NCBI RefSeq assembly: GCF_037042905.1
Contig: NC_087252.1
Span: 2,048,001-2,112,000 of the forward strand
Source: Lytechinus pictus
Taxonomy: Eukaryota
Length of the DNA: 64,000 nucleotides
Direction: 5' to 3'
Shown: positions 29,101 to 38,987 of the stretch, piece after piece
Position numbering within the stretch: the stretch's first letter is position 1
Layout: every line of letters begins with the position of its first letter
Made by a program: the position numbers and the translations under genes
The notes under the pieces: generated by a model
The model's database searches: none
What the model saw: the letters and a program-made list of their open reading frames with translations, nothing else
What the model was told of the DNA's origin: nothing

Positions 29101-32100
29101 TTGTTGGGGGTGAACTTGTCCTTTAAATTTCTCTTGGCGACGCACCCATTATATCTTTCCATGCTTCCTTGAAATTAGCCTTCGTTAGTGCATCAAGTAA
29201 TAGCTTTCCTTGGTTAACGGTTGTGTTTTTTTCTTTCCAATCACACAGATGAACATATATCTCTTCGTCTGTCCTACTTCGTCCTACTCCCAGGGATAAG
29301 TTTTTCAGAGTGGCATTTGCTTCAACCATATGTTCAGTCATACTGCGGCTTAATGTCCAAAGTTCAGGGAACGATATCATTCCTGGAAAGATAGGGATAT
29401 ACGAGAACGATTTATTGTATTTGTTATTCCTTTCCCAAATTGAAATTTGACAATAGCACCATTTATGCAAATAATCATCAAACATACATAGAACAAATGC
29501 AGGGAATGGTTTATGGTTTTATAAAAAAAATATGCACATATCGCAGCCAATTAGGCTGAACTGCATAAGTTTTACAATATATGATAATGATAAAATGATG
29601 ATAGCGATCAAACATTACAAATTTACTATTTACAAATAAAACGATAAACACGTTGGGTAACCTGGCAGATTAAGGAAAAGATGACCAGAGTATAAGGTAG
29701 AGGGGGGGGGGGAAGATTCAACAGATAGGGATAAAGTAGACGAGGAAGGGCGGGGAAGGTATTAAGAAGGATATAATAGAGGGGAAGAAGAGCAGTAATA
29801 CACAGCAGATAAAACTATAATAAAGGGGAAAAAAGAGTGAGAAACATAGCTCGTTAAATTAAGAAGGGTTTAGTAAAAGATAAACATTCGGTAATGATAT
29901 GTAAATTAAATATGCAATGTGTTCGAAATTAAAGACAAGTCAGGTCTAAAGTCTATTATGTAGAGAAGACATGTCGAAATAAAAAAAAGAAAAGCAGGTG
30001 AAGTTAAATAATTATACAGATCATATAAAATAATCAAATGAAAAATTACTGAAAAATTTGAGTGCTTAGATATGTTAAGTTTACATAAAATGTGAATATC
30101 ATAAGACCTTGAAAAAATATACCATACATTAAACTTAAAACAGGAAAATCATTACAGCTGAACAAATAATCGGATATGGAAGGAAATATGCTAAATGGAC
30201 AGTTTTGTGGACAAGAATAAACATAAATTAACTAGGCCTATATTATTAATAAAACATAAGCCACCTGTGCAGGAACATTTCATAAAGCGCATTGGCATAT
30301 CTAACTGTCTAATGTCATTTAAAAGCCTCACGAGAAGCAGTAAATCACTATTGTGGTAAAGATCTGTCCTAGCTTGGCGATATTTTTTTGTGTACTGGAG
30401 TTGGAGACAACCAGTGAGAAAATCCGATTGTCATTTGTCAGAGAATTCCCAAATTTTGAAGACGGTTACTCAAGGTTGTTAGACCAAGTGTGGATGGAGC
30501 ACTGTCATATCATGGATGGTACTTCCCTTGGAGTATTATTCGGATAGTGCGTTTCTGGTTCCCTCTAGCGAATAAGCTTGTTGAAGGGTTAAGGCAGCGT
30601 GTCACAACGGTGCACAATACTCCAGAATAGGCCCAATTTAACATTGATAAACAGTCATAAGATCGTCATTTGAAGCACCGAATCGTTTCAACGATCTAGC
30701 GGATAACATTCAGTTTTCGTGCGGCCTTAGACTTAATGTATTGAATGTGATAATTCCATCTAAGATCTTTCTGGACGATCACTCCGAGGAGTTTTACATT
30801 ATCACACTCCTGTATCTGATTCCAATTTATTTCTACCTTGACAGGAGAGGGTGGGTTACGAGCAAAGCACACTGTCTTGTCCTGGCACAAGTCTCAAATT
30901 GGTTCTTTCACATCAGTCCTGGACCGAATTGACTACCTCAGGAGTTGAACTGGGTGATGTGATATGACGTTTTTCTGCGATGGTCAGATCATCGACGTAC
31001 TTATATCAATGGGATAAACAGAGTCGATAAAATAAAGAAGAAAATAACCCACAGCAACCACCTTAACATTGCATGGGTGTTTCTAACAGATCGCCATGAT
31101 TATTATGCAATTGGGACATTAATGTCTTTGAGAAGAAATCTTACCGGCGAAAAAGTTTTTGCTGATTTCCGAGCATCCAGACTTGCCTAAAGCAAGGCTT
31201 AGGACAGCATTCGGATTTTCACTGAACCTGCTGCACCGCCATTCCATGAATAGCTTCATAGCTTCATTTGGGTCTTTTATTCCTCCATGTAAATTGGGTA
31301 GATCAGCTTGACCAGCATAAAGCTTGAAAAGAAGTTGTTGAATTTTCTGGGGATCTACAATGTCTGTTATTATCTGTTCTACTGTTGCCTGTGAAACTTT
31401 TTCATCTGTTCGTTTTCGGTTCTCTGTAAGAAAAAAAGCATACACTGATTAATAATTATCAATGGTTATTCCCATATATTCCCATCTATCGAAACGCAAA
31501 CACATCATTTATATGCAAAGTAAACAAAACAATTCGAAACACGGTATACTTGTTGACGGGAACTTAAAGAAAAGACTGAATTATAAATCAGAAGTTTGTT
31601 ATTGGACACCTTCATAATAGCGATTGGGTTTCATCCACTTCCATATTTCATGAACATTGCTCTGATTTAATTGTCTTAGTTTATTAATCAACAATTTATT
31701 ACATCATGTGTTCACTAAAATTTTACCTCGCATTTCATTACAGTATGGAAGCTTAAAAGTGCCACCGAGATGTCCATATAGTCATCTCGTCATCTATTAG
31801 GGAAAATAATAAGATGACGGGGTCTATATTCCGCGTGAGAGATGATCAGATGACAAGATCTTGGATCTCGTCATGTCTAGATCTTGTAGAAGAGATGATC
31901 AGATGACAAGATCTCGGATCCAAGATCATGCCATCTGATTATCTCTTCTAAAATATGTAGACATGACGAGATCCAAGATCATGCCATCTGATCATCTCTT
32001 CTGAAATATGTATACATGACGAAATCCAAGATCTTGTCATCTGATCATATCTTCTAAAAGATGTAGACATGACGAGATCCAAGATCTTGTCATCTGATCA

Positions 32101-35100
32101 TCTCTCACGCGGAATATAGACCCCGTCATCTTATTCTTTTCCCTAATAGATGTAGACATGACGAGATGATTATATGGACATCTGGATCGCACTTTTAAGC
32201 TTCCATATTACAGTGCAGCATTTTCGACCCTGTTCTGTTGCATGAAAAAAAATAGAAATATCTGTTTTGGTAGTAATAGCGAAAGTAGTAATATCAAAAA
32301 TGTAAAAGTACCACGTAGATTCTGCCATCGCGTCCCAAAATTTGCATTTTGCAACGCTGATTGAAGTTTGTTGGCATGTTTATTTTTTCTATGTTCATCT
32401 TTCCATTTGCAGAGAAGATTGTATACTTCAGGTGCCCTCATCTCTTCTGTTGCATCCTTAATACCAAGATTAAGAAGGGCCTGATGTAATTTCTTCATAT
32501 CACTGCTTGGTGTGTCATACGCGAGTGACCATAGCTCATAGAATGATATGTCTCCTGGTAATGAACAAATCAATTAATGAAACAATCTTGTCAGTTGAAA
32601 AGCAAAGTTCGGGATAATATGTATTCAAAATATATAAAATGCACAGGACTGTATGCAAATATTCAATATCCACAATAAAACATGTCTTTACACACTGGTA
32701 GTTTGATCACACCCTTAGCATTTCACATTTTAGAAAGTCAATAACGTTCAAAATTCCTTTTTTCTCTCGCAAGGGTACTTTACACATGACTAAAAATAAA
32801 GCACTAATGTACTAAGATTGGATAAATAGATCACAGATACAATTTTGCAGCACTATTGAAAATAGTGGAAAATTTTCATTATTTTAATTCATGTATACTT
32901 TCACCTTTTAACACTTCAGTTAGAAGTTGAACGAATCATAAGATTGCTACAACAAACATTGCCGACGGAAGCAAAAAAAATTAGGGGGGGGGGGAAACCA
33001 CCAATTTTTTTTGAAAAGCAAAAAAAAAAGGTTAGCAACCGAAATTTTAGGGGGGGGGGGTGACCGACAAAATTTTTTGACAAGCAAAAAAAGGGGTAAA
33101 AATCTAAGGGGGGATCCACCTCAAATTAAGGGGGGGGGACAGGTCCCCCGCTTCCGCCGCCTATGACAACAAACATCATACAGACCTCACTGCCAATCTT
33201 ACCATCAATATGTGCTTGTTCAATCATAGGGATACTTTCCTGGCCATCATTTCTCGCGATAGTACGATCTAAATGAAATAATGTTTCATTGAATCATTAA
33301 TAGTACAAATAAATATCTAATCACAATATATTCGTACGTTTGAGAAATGACAAACAAATTACAAGAGAGCGAGATCAAATTTTGCCTTTATATAATTTCA
33401 AAAAAATTATACATGAACACAATCAACACAGAAACTCACCCGTCAACCGAAGGGAACATGCTAAGAAAAAAAAATCGAATTAGAGAGAAGCATATTTATT
33501 GCAATTCTTTAATATCGGGTTCCTTGATATCATCATACCTCATTTAAGGATTTACTGTCAGCAACATAATTTTCCCTCAATAATGTAAATCATTACCTTC
33601 ACACTGCTCTGTGGCTATGTTCGAAAGATCGTTAATCCTCAATTACTGTTTATTTCTTGCACGTGCTTAGTTTTATTGGCTTTAATATTGCGCCGTGGAT
33701 TTTCCCGGCATATTTCGAATAAAGTTTTATATCAATTATCGCCTTAGTCTACAATAAGAAATGGATTAATAAATATGCCAATCAATAACTGCACAAACCA
33801 ATATATTCAATGTTCATACCCGTTGTTGTAGTGCCATCAAAAGTGTTCTGCCGAAAACACGCAATACGTTTCAACCGAAGAAACACTGCAATCGCTCCAA
33901 GAAGAATAAGGACGAACAGTGGAACAACTGCAGATCATCAGTGCGTTGAAAATGATTTAGAGAGGAAAGAAAGTTTTAATCAGCCAGACAAGTCAATAAA
34001 AGGTTCGTAAAATATTAGCTGTATTTTTTAAATCAAAGAACATACATACAAATACCATCACGCACATACACATGCAATAAGTTCCCTTTTTCTAATTTCC
34101 CTTTTTAACGAAACTGTTGTGAGGTAATAATTTGGCAGGATTGTTACGGCAACCATTCACTAATATGGTGTTAACATTCGATTTATCAAACGTCACGTAA
34201 TCTAATCGTTCCAAAAGTTACAAGGGACATTCAGGGGGACATGAGGAAATTTATCGATTTCCTGACATTAAATTATTTTTAACAGTTTATTGAGCTTAGT
34301 TAAAACGTTGTCATCATTGTTACATTTTTCATGCCAAAATTCACTATTCAATTTCAAAATGAGATCTGATCTTTATCAGCAAAATGTTTCCTCTCATATT
34401 GGAGGTAGCAGCCATGTTATGGTTAACATTCCATGCAAAATGCTATAATTTTGTTCTCCTTTGATAGACATGTTTACTTATTCATTTGGTAGGGGAGGGA
34501 TATTTTCAAAATTGACCAAAACGGTCGATCACCGAGATATTCTTCTTTAATATATTCTACATTTGTGAGTTGTACAGGACCACTTCAGTCAACAAATTAT
34601 GTGGTTATAGCATTTATGAACAAGGAGTCATGAAAAAAAGAAAATTAAAGAAACGGTCGACACTTCCTTCACACATACACACAGCCAACAGCTGCACACA
34701 CATGTATCAACAACTTTCCCGTAAGAATAGAAAGTTACCAAGAAATATTGCATATCATTGAATAAATACATAAGCATACTTCTTATTATTATATCAGTTA
34801 CATTTCTTCTTAATAAGTGCATTGATAATCTTCACTGGAATAGGCGTTTTGTGGTAAATATTTTACGTTTTCCCTTGAAATCGTTTTACAATTTCTGTAA
34901 TAATAAAGTAACGAATATTACCAATTTTGGCTGCATGGTTACCACTTTTGTCTTCTTTCGTAATATCAGTTGTGAATGCTCTACTCGTTCCTGTAACCGA
35001 GTGCATTCCAGTCGATGATTCCACGAAGATCGTTGCGGCTTGCTGTTCTCCTGTCCCAGGAATATTAGAAGCAACACAAATGTATTGAGTTTGACTCGGC

Positions 35101-38100
35101 TGGGCTTCAATGGAAATAGACTTATTTTTCGTCCCGTCATCATTACCCCATTCCTTGGCAACGGCATTCATCTTCTGAGAACCGTGCAAGAAGAAAATGT
35201 CTATCTGAGGGTAGTAGTTCGTCACTGAGCAAGTTAAGACGATGGTTGTATTAGTCAAGACACGACATGATGGCTCTGTGGTATTTAGTCCAGGTGATAC
35301 TGTATCAGTACACTGGTTGATAGTTGGAAATGGTTCTTGTGGGGGAGCTGAAAATAAAGAAAGAAAAGATACAATGTGAAAATCATATGGCAATTGCAAG
35401 GCATAATGAACATATGTATTTGCACGAATTCCCTCGAAGTGCATTTCTTTATGAATAAATTGTTTTTCTTTACGGATAATTATCATTCGCGTTATTGAAT
35501 GCCAAATGGATTGATAAACATCCTTCATAGAGAAGATGTATTGTGTCATGAGATTCAATGGCACAACGTTCAAAGGTATCTTTGAAGCTTAGCTCAATTT
35601 GAAAGCAAAGTCTAAGAGTGACTAGTAACTTCCTATTATGATAATTAGGGGAAATCATGTAGGGCTTAAAAATAAACGCCAGTGGTGGTAAGGTTAAAGG
35701 AGAATGAAACCCTTGAAACCAGCTGAATTCATATCAAAGAGAAAAATCAAAAAAACATATTGTTGAAAGTTTGAGGAAGATTGAATGAATAATAAGAAGT
35801 TATGAGCATTTGAATATTGAGATCACTAATGCCATGTAGTTCCTCCCATTGGCAATGCGACCAAGATCTGTGATGTCACACACGTACAACTCCCTCATTA
35901 CTTAAGTACTTATTTCACTTATATTCTCACTTTTATAGAGTCTATCACAAGGTGAGGTGTCCTCTTTATGAGAGGACAAGTACAGAGGTTCTACAACATT
36001 ATATCATTGATTAATCGTTTGTCATATGATTAGAATGAGCAAAAAGATATGTTTTGGGGTATATTTTCAGTGTCCAAAAGGGAAGAGTTGTTCATCTGTG
36101 ACATCGTAGATCTTGGTCACATTGCCAATGGGAGGATCTCCATAGCATTAGTGATCTCGACATTCGAATGCTCATAACTCTTCTATTGCTAGTCCTATTT
36201 TACTCAAACTTTTGTTGATCTTATTCTTTGATTTTTCTGCTTTCACAAAGCTAACTTGCTCCAAGAGTTTCATTCTCCTTTAACTATCTCAAAATCATTT
36301 TGAACAGATTCCATAAAATTACACCCGAAGTGTATTATAAAACCATGAAAAACAAATAAGCCGCATGATTCCGATGAAAAATATGTAATTGCTGAGATAT
36401 TGGCCAAACAAGCATGTCATTTCAGTAAGATGTATGTAAATAAACCAGATCTAGATGTTTTTGATAAAATTACATGTAATCTCGAACTTTAAAGACTATA
36501 TGATGAAATCAATTGTTGCTGCAGCTTGCAGCTACTTTCCTTAAGCTTTGAGATCTTAATTCGCTACATTATCACAAATATCATCCTATCCTTACCAAAG
36601 ATTTTCACATCTGTTTGGTTGTATATCAGGATACCAAGATAGTTCGAGACCCGGCATATGTATCGACCTTCATCTTCTATCCGGGCATCTCTGATGGTCA
36701 GAGTGTAATTGGAAGCCATGCCATACCGACTGTCCTCGGTGCATGGTCCGGAGATTTGCCCTACCCCGTCCCTATCTACCCAGATGAGAAGATTGTCTGC
36801 AGTTTCCGGTTTATCTCCTTTCTTCCAGTAGACAGCCACGGGCGATCGGTAAAACTCACAGTTAAGCACAATATCGTCCCCCTTTTTGATGGATTTGTGG
36901 AGATCCGTGCGAACGAAACCGTCTGGTACATCTCCAGCAACACCTTTGAAATTCATATACATATGAGTACGTTATTCAAAGGGGAATCTAAACCAAATAA
37001 AAGCTTCTTTCCAGAGGAAAAGGGAAAAATCAGTTAAGTTGATAGGTGAAAGTTTGAACAATATCGGACAAAAATAAGAAAGTTTTTGAAAGTTGTAGAA
37101 GATACTGGTTATCACCCATGGAAATTTCCAATTGGCCGCATAAGTCATGTCATAGTGATGTAAGGCAAGGACTACTCTTCCGTGTACTCAATAACATGAA
37201 ATGTCTAAAATTTCATTTTTTCAAAAGTTTTACTTCAAGTTATATATTTTTCTTTCATGGAGACAAAACACTAGTAGTACCTTGAATATATTTATATTAC
37301 TGCCCATGGGGAATGAGTATTTAGGGGAAAACAACACATTCCTGATAATTAGTTACATGGCCTATGGGAAACTTGTCCTTGCCCCTTGTCATTATTTATT
37401 TACCCAATGGCCAATTTGATATCTACATAGTCTTAGTGATCTCAATTTTAAAGCAGCCATAACTTTCTTATTGCTTGTCCGATTTCTGTCAGACTTTTAC
37501 CATTCTCTTTGATTTATTTTTCTCCTTTTAAACACAACATTTTGTGACCAAGGCTGGATTCACCTTTAAAAACTTATTTGATAACAATGAAATATAAGCG
37601 AAGGGAGAGCAATAGAGGGAGAGAAAAATGAAGAAAAATGAATGAAGGAAATGCCGTAAATAAACCTGATAGATGAAAATATCATGTTAACAGGATTTTA
37701 TTTTTATAGTTCTATAAACATTGTACGGCAATTCGGCATGTCCCGTCTCCACCTAATATATCAAGTTGGTTTGCGATTCCCGACGATAAAAAATAACCAA
37801 GTCACACACACACACACGCACGCATTCACCTTCTTCACACCCATCTCACCCACATTCTCACGCACAGACACAAACACACATTGCCAAAACCCACACCAAC
37901 CCGAAAACACAGACCAAGACAGAAGTGTTCATACACACATACGCACCCATACTCACACACGCCACTCAACCCACAGCAGAAAAATGCCCTTCATTACAAA
38001 TGCCCCAAACATATGCTATATGTGCCCTCCTTGGATGAAAATCCCCAATACTTTCCAAATAATACGCGTACAAATCCCCAGTATATAGGAGAACATACAG

Positions 38101-38296
38101 GGAGACACACATTGACACACAAGGCTTCATTGATTCACAAAACACAATTACCCAATAAAGAAATGTGCTTAAAGATAAAAGGGTTGAAATAATAGGATGT
38201 TTATCTCATTAATTAGTAGTACTTACGCCATATGAAAGATGCAAATAGAAGACACCCCACGCACAAAGAGAGTAATATTTTCTGTGTATTCTCCAT
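4860..38296 (-). CDS. Gene A: spliced type I membrane receptor, SP-IgV-IgC(C1-like)-TM-(death-fold-like)x7, about 1000 aa
   Basis: Manually spliced exons with GT-AG ends, all joining in frame: 38227-38296, 36596-36943, 34922-35347, 33820-33927, 33440-33460 (tentative), 33203-33268, 32312-32554, 31145-31423, 29146-29382, 27666-27947, 27126-27398, 25597-25683, 24632-24668 (tentative), 12905-12912 (tentative), 12328-12570, 4860/4910-5188. The first exons match gene B exon for exon. Linking the last two death exons to this gene is inferred from strand and phase. Confidence 0.8.
5543..5843 (+). repeat. Subterminal tandem repeat (68-70 bp unit, about 4.5 copies) in the TIR; mirrored at 11442-11742
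   Basis: AATCTCC recurs at 5554, 5622, 5692, 5761 and 5831. Confidence 0.9.
7644..7990. mobile_element. Tc1/mariner-type MITE nested in the Polinton arm (mirror copy at 9295-9641)
   Basis: TA-flanked. TIRs CAGCGCGTCCCTAAAAAATGTCCCTCTGACATA / TATGTCAGAGGGACATTTTTGGGGGGGACGTGCTG. Confidence 0.7.
8226..8846 (+). CDS. Intronless 206-aa protein: N-terminal C2H2 zinc finger, acidic linker, helical C-terminal domain (Polinton accessory-type)
   Basis: FACSLCDKTYSRRFDVKRHEQTAH. TATAAA at 8166-8171, caacATG context. The only long ORF in the unique spacer. Confidence 0.75.
   Translation: MNTLSNRFACSLCDKTYSRRFDVKRHEQTAHREMETDEEPNETKSENEDSSDNENIIEEDSKMIESESEEEDNGDPEDNLVYQEWFKLALAATDEMRNEKYEKYISRGMDEEEARENAHTKVLWAVKRIFFDHYSYFLRHSLYLEEDDSNLDILSDIKERVENGMDIRKAIQRVLARHGTKFDVLFQYQEEEEYEEEMEGIEESDN
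9208..11809 (-). repeat. Right inverted arm of the Polinton-type element
   Basis: Reverse complement of 5476-8077. Confidence 0.95.
12328..12570 (-). CDS. Gene A death-fold-like domain 6; not in the ORF track
   Basis: Own translation: NTVKTPDILLSDSINYEVLRIAACLPTYKHDKIKRTFG...AYARGWMTEHPEENFENKLREKLKSAKVM G|GTAAAT. 243 nt, open, acceptor ccccag. Confidence 0.68.
13719..14790 (+). repeat. AATGGT-based minisatellite (higher-order unit about 90 bp), left subterminal array
   Basis: Repeating ...AATGGTATACCATATACCCAATGGTGTCTCAGTGGTA... units. Confidence 0.92.
19464..19887. mobile_element. Palindromic MITE (GGCCC termini, Harbinger-like)
   Basis: GGCCCGAATTCACAAAGGTGGTTTTG ... CAAAACCACCTTTTTGAATTCGGGCC. 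Confidence 0.75.
20960..21206 (-). mobile_element. tRNA-derived SINE (related 3' fragment at about 45567-45727, plus strand)
   Basis: Minus strand GTGGTCTAGTGG...GGTTTGAATCC, then GCTGCACTCGACCAAGGTGA core. Confidence 0.7.
22256..22824. mobile_element. MITE with short TIRs
   Basis: GGCATGTTTCTACA ... TGTAGAAACACGCC. Confidence 0.55.
23640..24605 (+). repeat. AATGGT/GTGAATGGT minisatellite, right subterminal array (short inverted ACCATT block at its start)
   Basis: Repeating GGTGTACGGTGAATGGTA(CG/GG)CGAAT units. Confidence 0.92.
25303..25561 (+). mobile_element. tRNA-derived SINE
   Basis: A box TGGCTAAGTTGG, B box GGTTCAAACCC, non-tRNA body, AATAAA near the end. Confidence 0.8.
25597..25683 (-). 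CDS. Gene A linker exon
   Basis: tttcatacag|...ELWTDLNPGRDLGIQHGTRSSGLVKHVK G|GTAC. 87 nt, phase 1-1, open. Confidence 0.55.
25807..26906. mobile_element. Non-autonomous DNA element with long degenerate TIRs
   Basis: TAGTCTGG ... CCAGACTA. Inner mirror AAGTGGTCTGATATATAGAC / GTCTATATATCAGACCACTT. Confidence 0.7.
27126..27398 (-). CDS. Gene A death-fold-like domain 5
   Basis: EVEGFADRLTSRHVKSLL...MVNEWIRQ...KLHEAVVSIGRQDI. The IGRxD-type end is typical of death domains. Donor A|GTATG (alternative at 27135). Confidence 0.72.
27666..27947 (-). CDS. Gene A death-fold-like domain 4 (type b); not in the ORF track
   Basis: Own translation: ELREKRTNDVADKTIEHILWQIKDPDKLRRFLQKL...QQVVEWKHQDLDENPYILLSHALEKTECKPTDRSFFK G|GTAAA. 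282 nt, open, aligns with domain 2. Confidence 0.78.
28534..29122. mobile_element. TTAA-flanked MITE (Kolobok-like)
   Basis: TTAA|AGGTCAAGTCCACCCC ... GGGGTGAACTTGTCCT|TTAA. Confidence 0.75.
29146..29382 (-). CDS. Gene A death-fold-like domain 3 (type a)
   Basis: GMISFPELWTL...IYVHLCDWKEK...QGKLLLDALTKANFKEAW. Homologous to 62644-62898. Confidence 0.78.
30240..31010 (-). mobile_element. CR1/L2-type LINE 3' fragment (RT C-terminus), degraded
   Basis: Minus strand YKYVDDLTIAE near 30980-31005, VKLLGVIVQKDLRWNYHI, RPILEYCAP. Confidence 0.75.
31145..31423 (-). CDS. Gene A death-fold-like domain 2 (type b)
   Basis: VSQATVEQIITDI...AMKLFMEWR...ENPNAVLSLALGKSGCSEIS. Phase 1-1, donor G|GTAAG. Confidence 0.78.
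31744..32207. mobile_element. Foldback element with internal inverted tandem repeats
   Basis: TATGGAAGCTTAAAAGTGC ... GCACTTTTAAGCTTCCATA. Internal GATCAGATGACAAGATCT units in opposite orientations. Confidence 0.75.
32312..32554 (-). CDS. Gene A death-fold-like domain 1 (type a)
   Basis: GDISFYELWSLAYDTP...LLNLGI...VYNLLCKWK...KLQSALQNANF. 243 nt, same length as paralog exon 60127-60369. Confidence 0.8.
33203..33268 (-). CDS. Gene A juxtamembrane linker exon
   Basis: tttcatttag|...DRTIARNDGQESIPMIEQAHID G|GTAAG. 66 nt, phase 1-1, weakly similar to gene B 59191-59244. Confidence 0.7.
33820..33927 (-). CDS. Gene A exon 4, transmembrane helix and basic stop-transfer
   Basis: VVPLFVLILLGAIAVFL-RLKR. 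Acceptor ctgcag, donor G|GTATG. Parallels 57432-57524. Confidence 0.85.
34922..35347 (-). CDS. Gene A exon 3, C-type (C1-like) Ig domain plus Ser/Thr-rich stalk
   Basis: VLTCSVTNYYP...WGNDDGTK...YICVAS. Acceptor ttttcag, donor G|GTAAT. Homologous to 56355-56801. Confidence 0.85.
35698..36279. mobile_element. TTAA-flanked MITE (Kolobok-like)
   Basis: TTAA|AGGAGAATGAAAC ... GTTTCATTCTCCT|TTAA, with long imperfect inverted arms. Confidence 0.78.
36596..36943 (-). CDS. Gene A exon 2, V-set Ig domain
   Basis: VLNCEF...VYWKK...YTLTIRDARIEDEGRYIC gives the canonical B-strand Cys, C-strand Trp and DxGxYxC. Donor G|GTAAG. Confidence 0.9.
36979..37565. mobile_element. Degenerate Kolobok-like MITE
   Basis: AGGGGAATC ... 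GATTCACCT|TTAA. Subterminal motifs resemble the other two TTAA elements. Confidence 0.55.
38227..38296 (-). CDS. Gene A exon 1, signal peptide
   Basis: aaaATG context; MENTQKILLSLCVGCLLFASFIW, then donor C|GTAAGT (phase 1). Similar to gene B leader (LSLCV-C). Confidence 0.8.
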
Positions 38297-38987
38297 TTTG
38301 TAGACCTTCTATTACGCGATGAAAATAATGTGCAGTTTCGAGCCGCTAACGCTCAAAAGTTAATATTGACACTGTTAGCTGTCGCATCATTAATCATGAT
38401 ACTTTGATCATGTTTATTCCTATATTTTATGTTCATCGGTAAACAAATGTGTGGCTTAATTTGGCGAGTAAACGATTTTCGAGGAATGAAGGTTACTTTC
38501 TTAAAGAGAGGCCCAAAAAATGGAGAAATAAAACTTGCGGAACATTCTTCTCACTGTTATACCCAGGTGTTATACAAATCTTACACTATGCTTCTGGAGG
38601 TAGTTCTTGGTTATAGTGATGTGTTGAAGACTTAAGGACCGGAAAATAAAAAATAAAGGAATATGTTAAAGCAATATTCAATTCAAAATAATCAATTAAA
38701 AGGATAACGTTAGCAGTGGTGCAATGAGCCAAAAAATTATGAGGGGCCAGATATGGCGTATCGTGCAAAATGTAGAAAAGAGTTGCGATTGAGCAAAATT
38801 TTTCAACATATTTTGATGTAGAGGAATGAAGGACATGAATGAGAATATGCTAATATAGCCTACTGCAAAGCATAAATCTGTACAATAAGATATACATGAC
38901 TAAGAAAAACTATTTGGGTCACTGGCATGGTACTGTAAATCAATGTTTACAAACAAAGACTGAGATATCATAATGGGGAAAATGGCA

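Noticed and set aside
38950..38968. TSD for the L1/Tx1 LINE (AGACTGAGATAT also at about 41077)
   Set aside because: It is about 20 nt from the apparent 5' truncation point and lies within a local degenerate repeat, so it is ambiguous.
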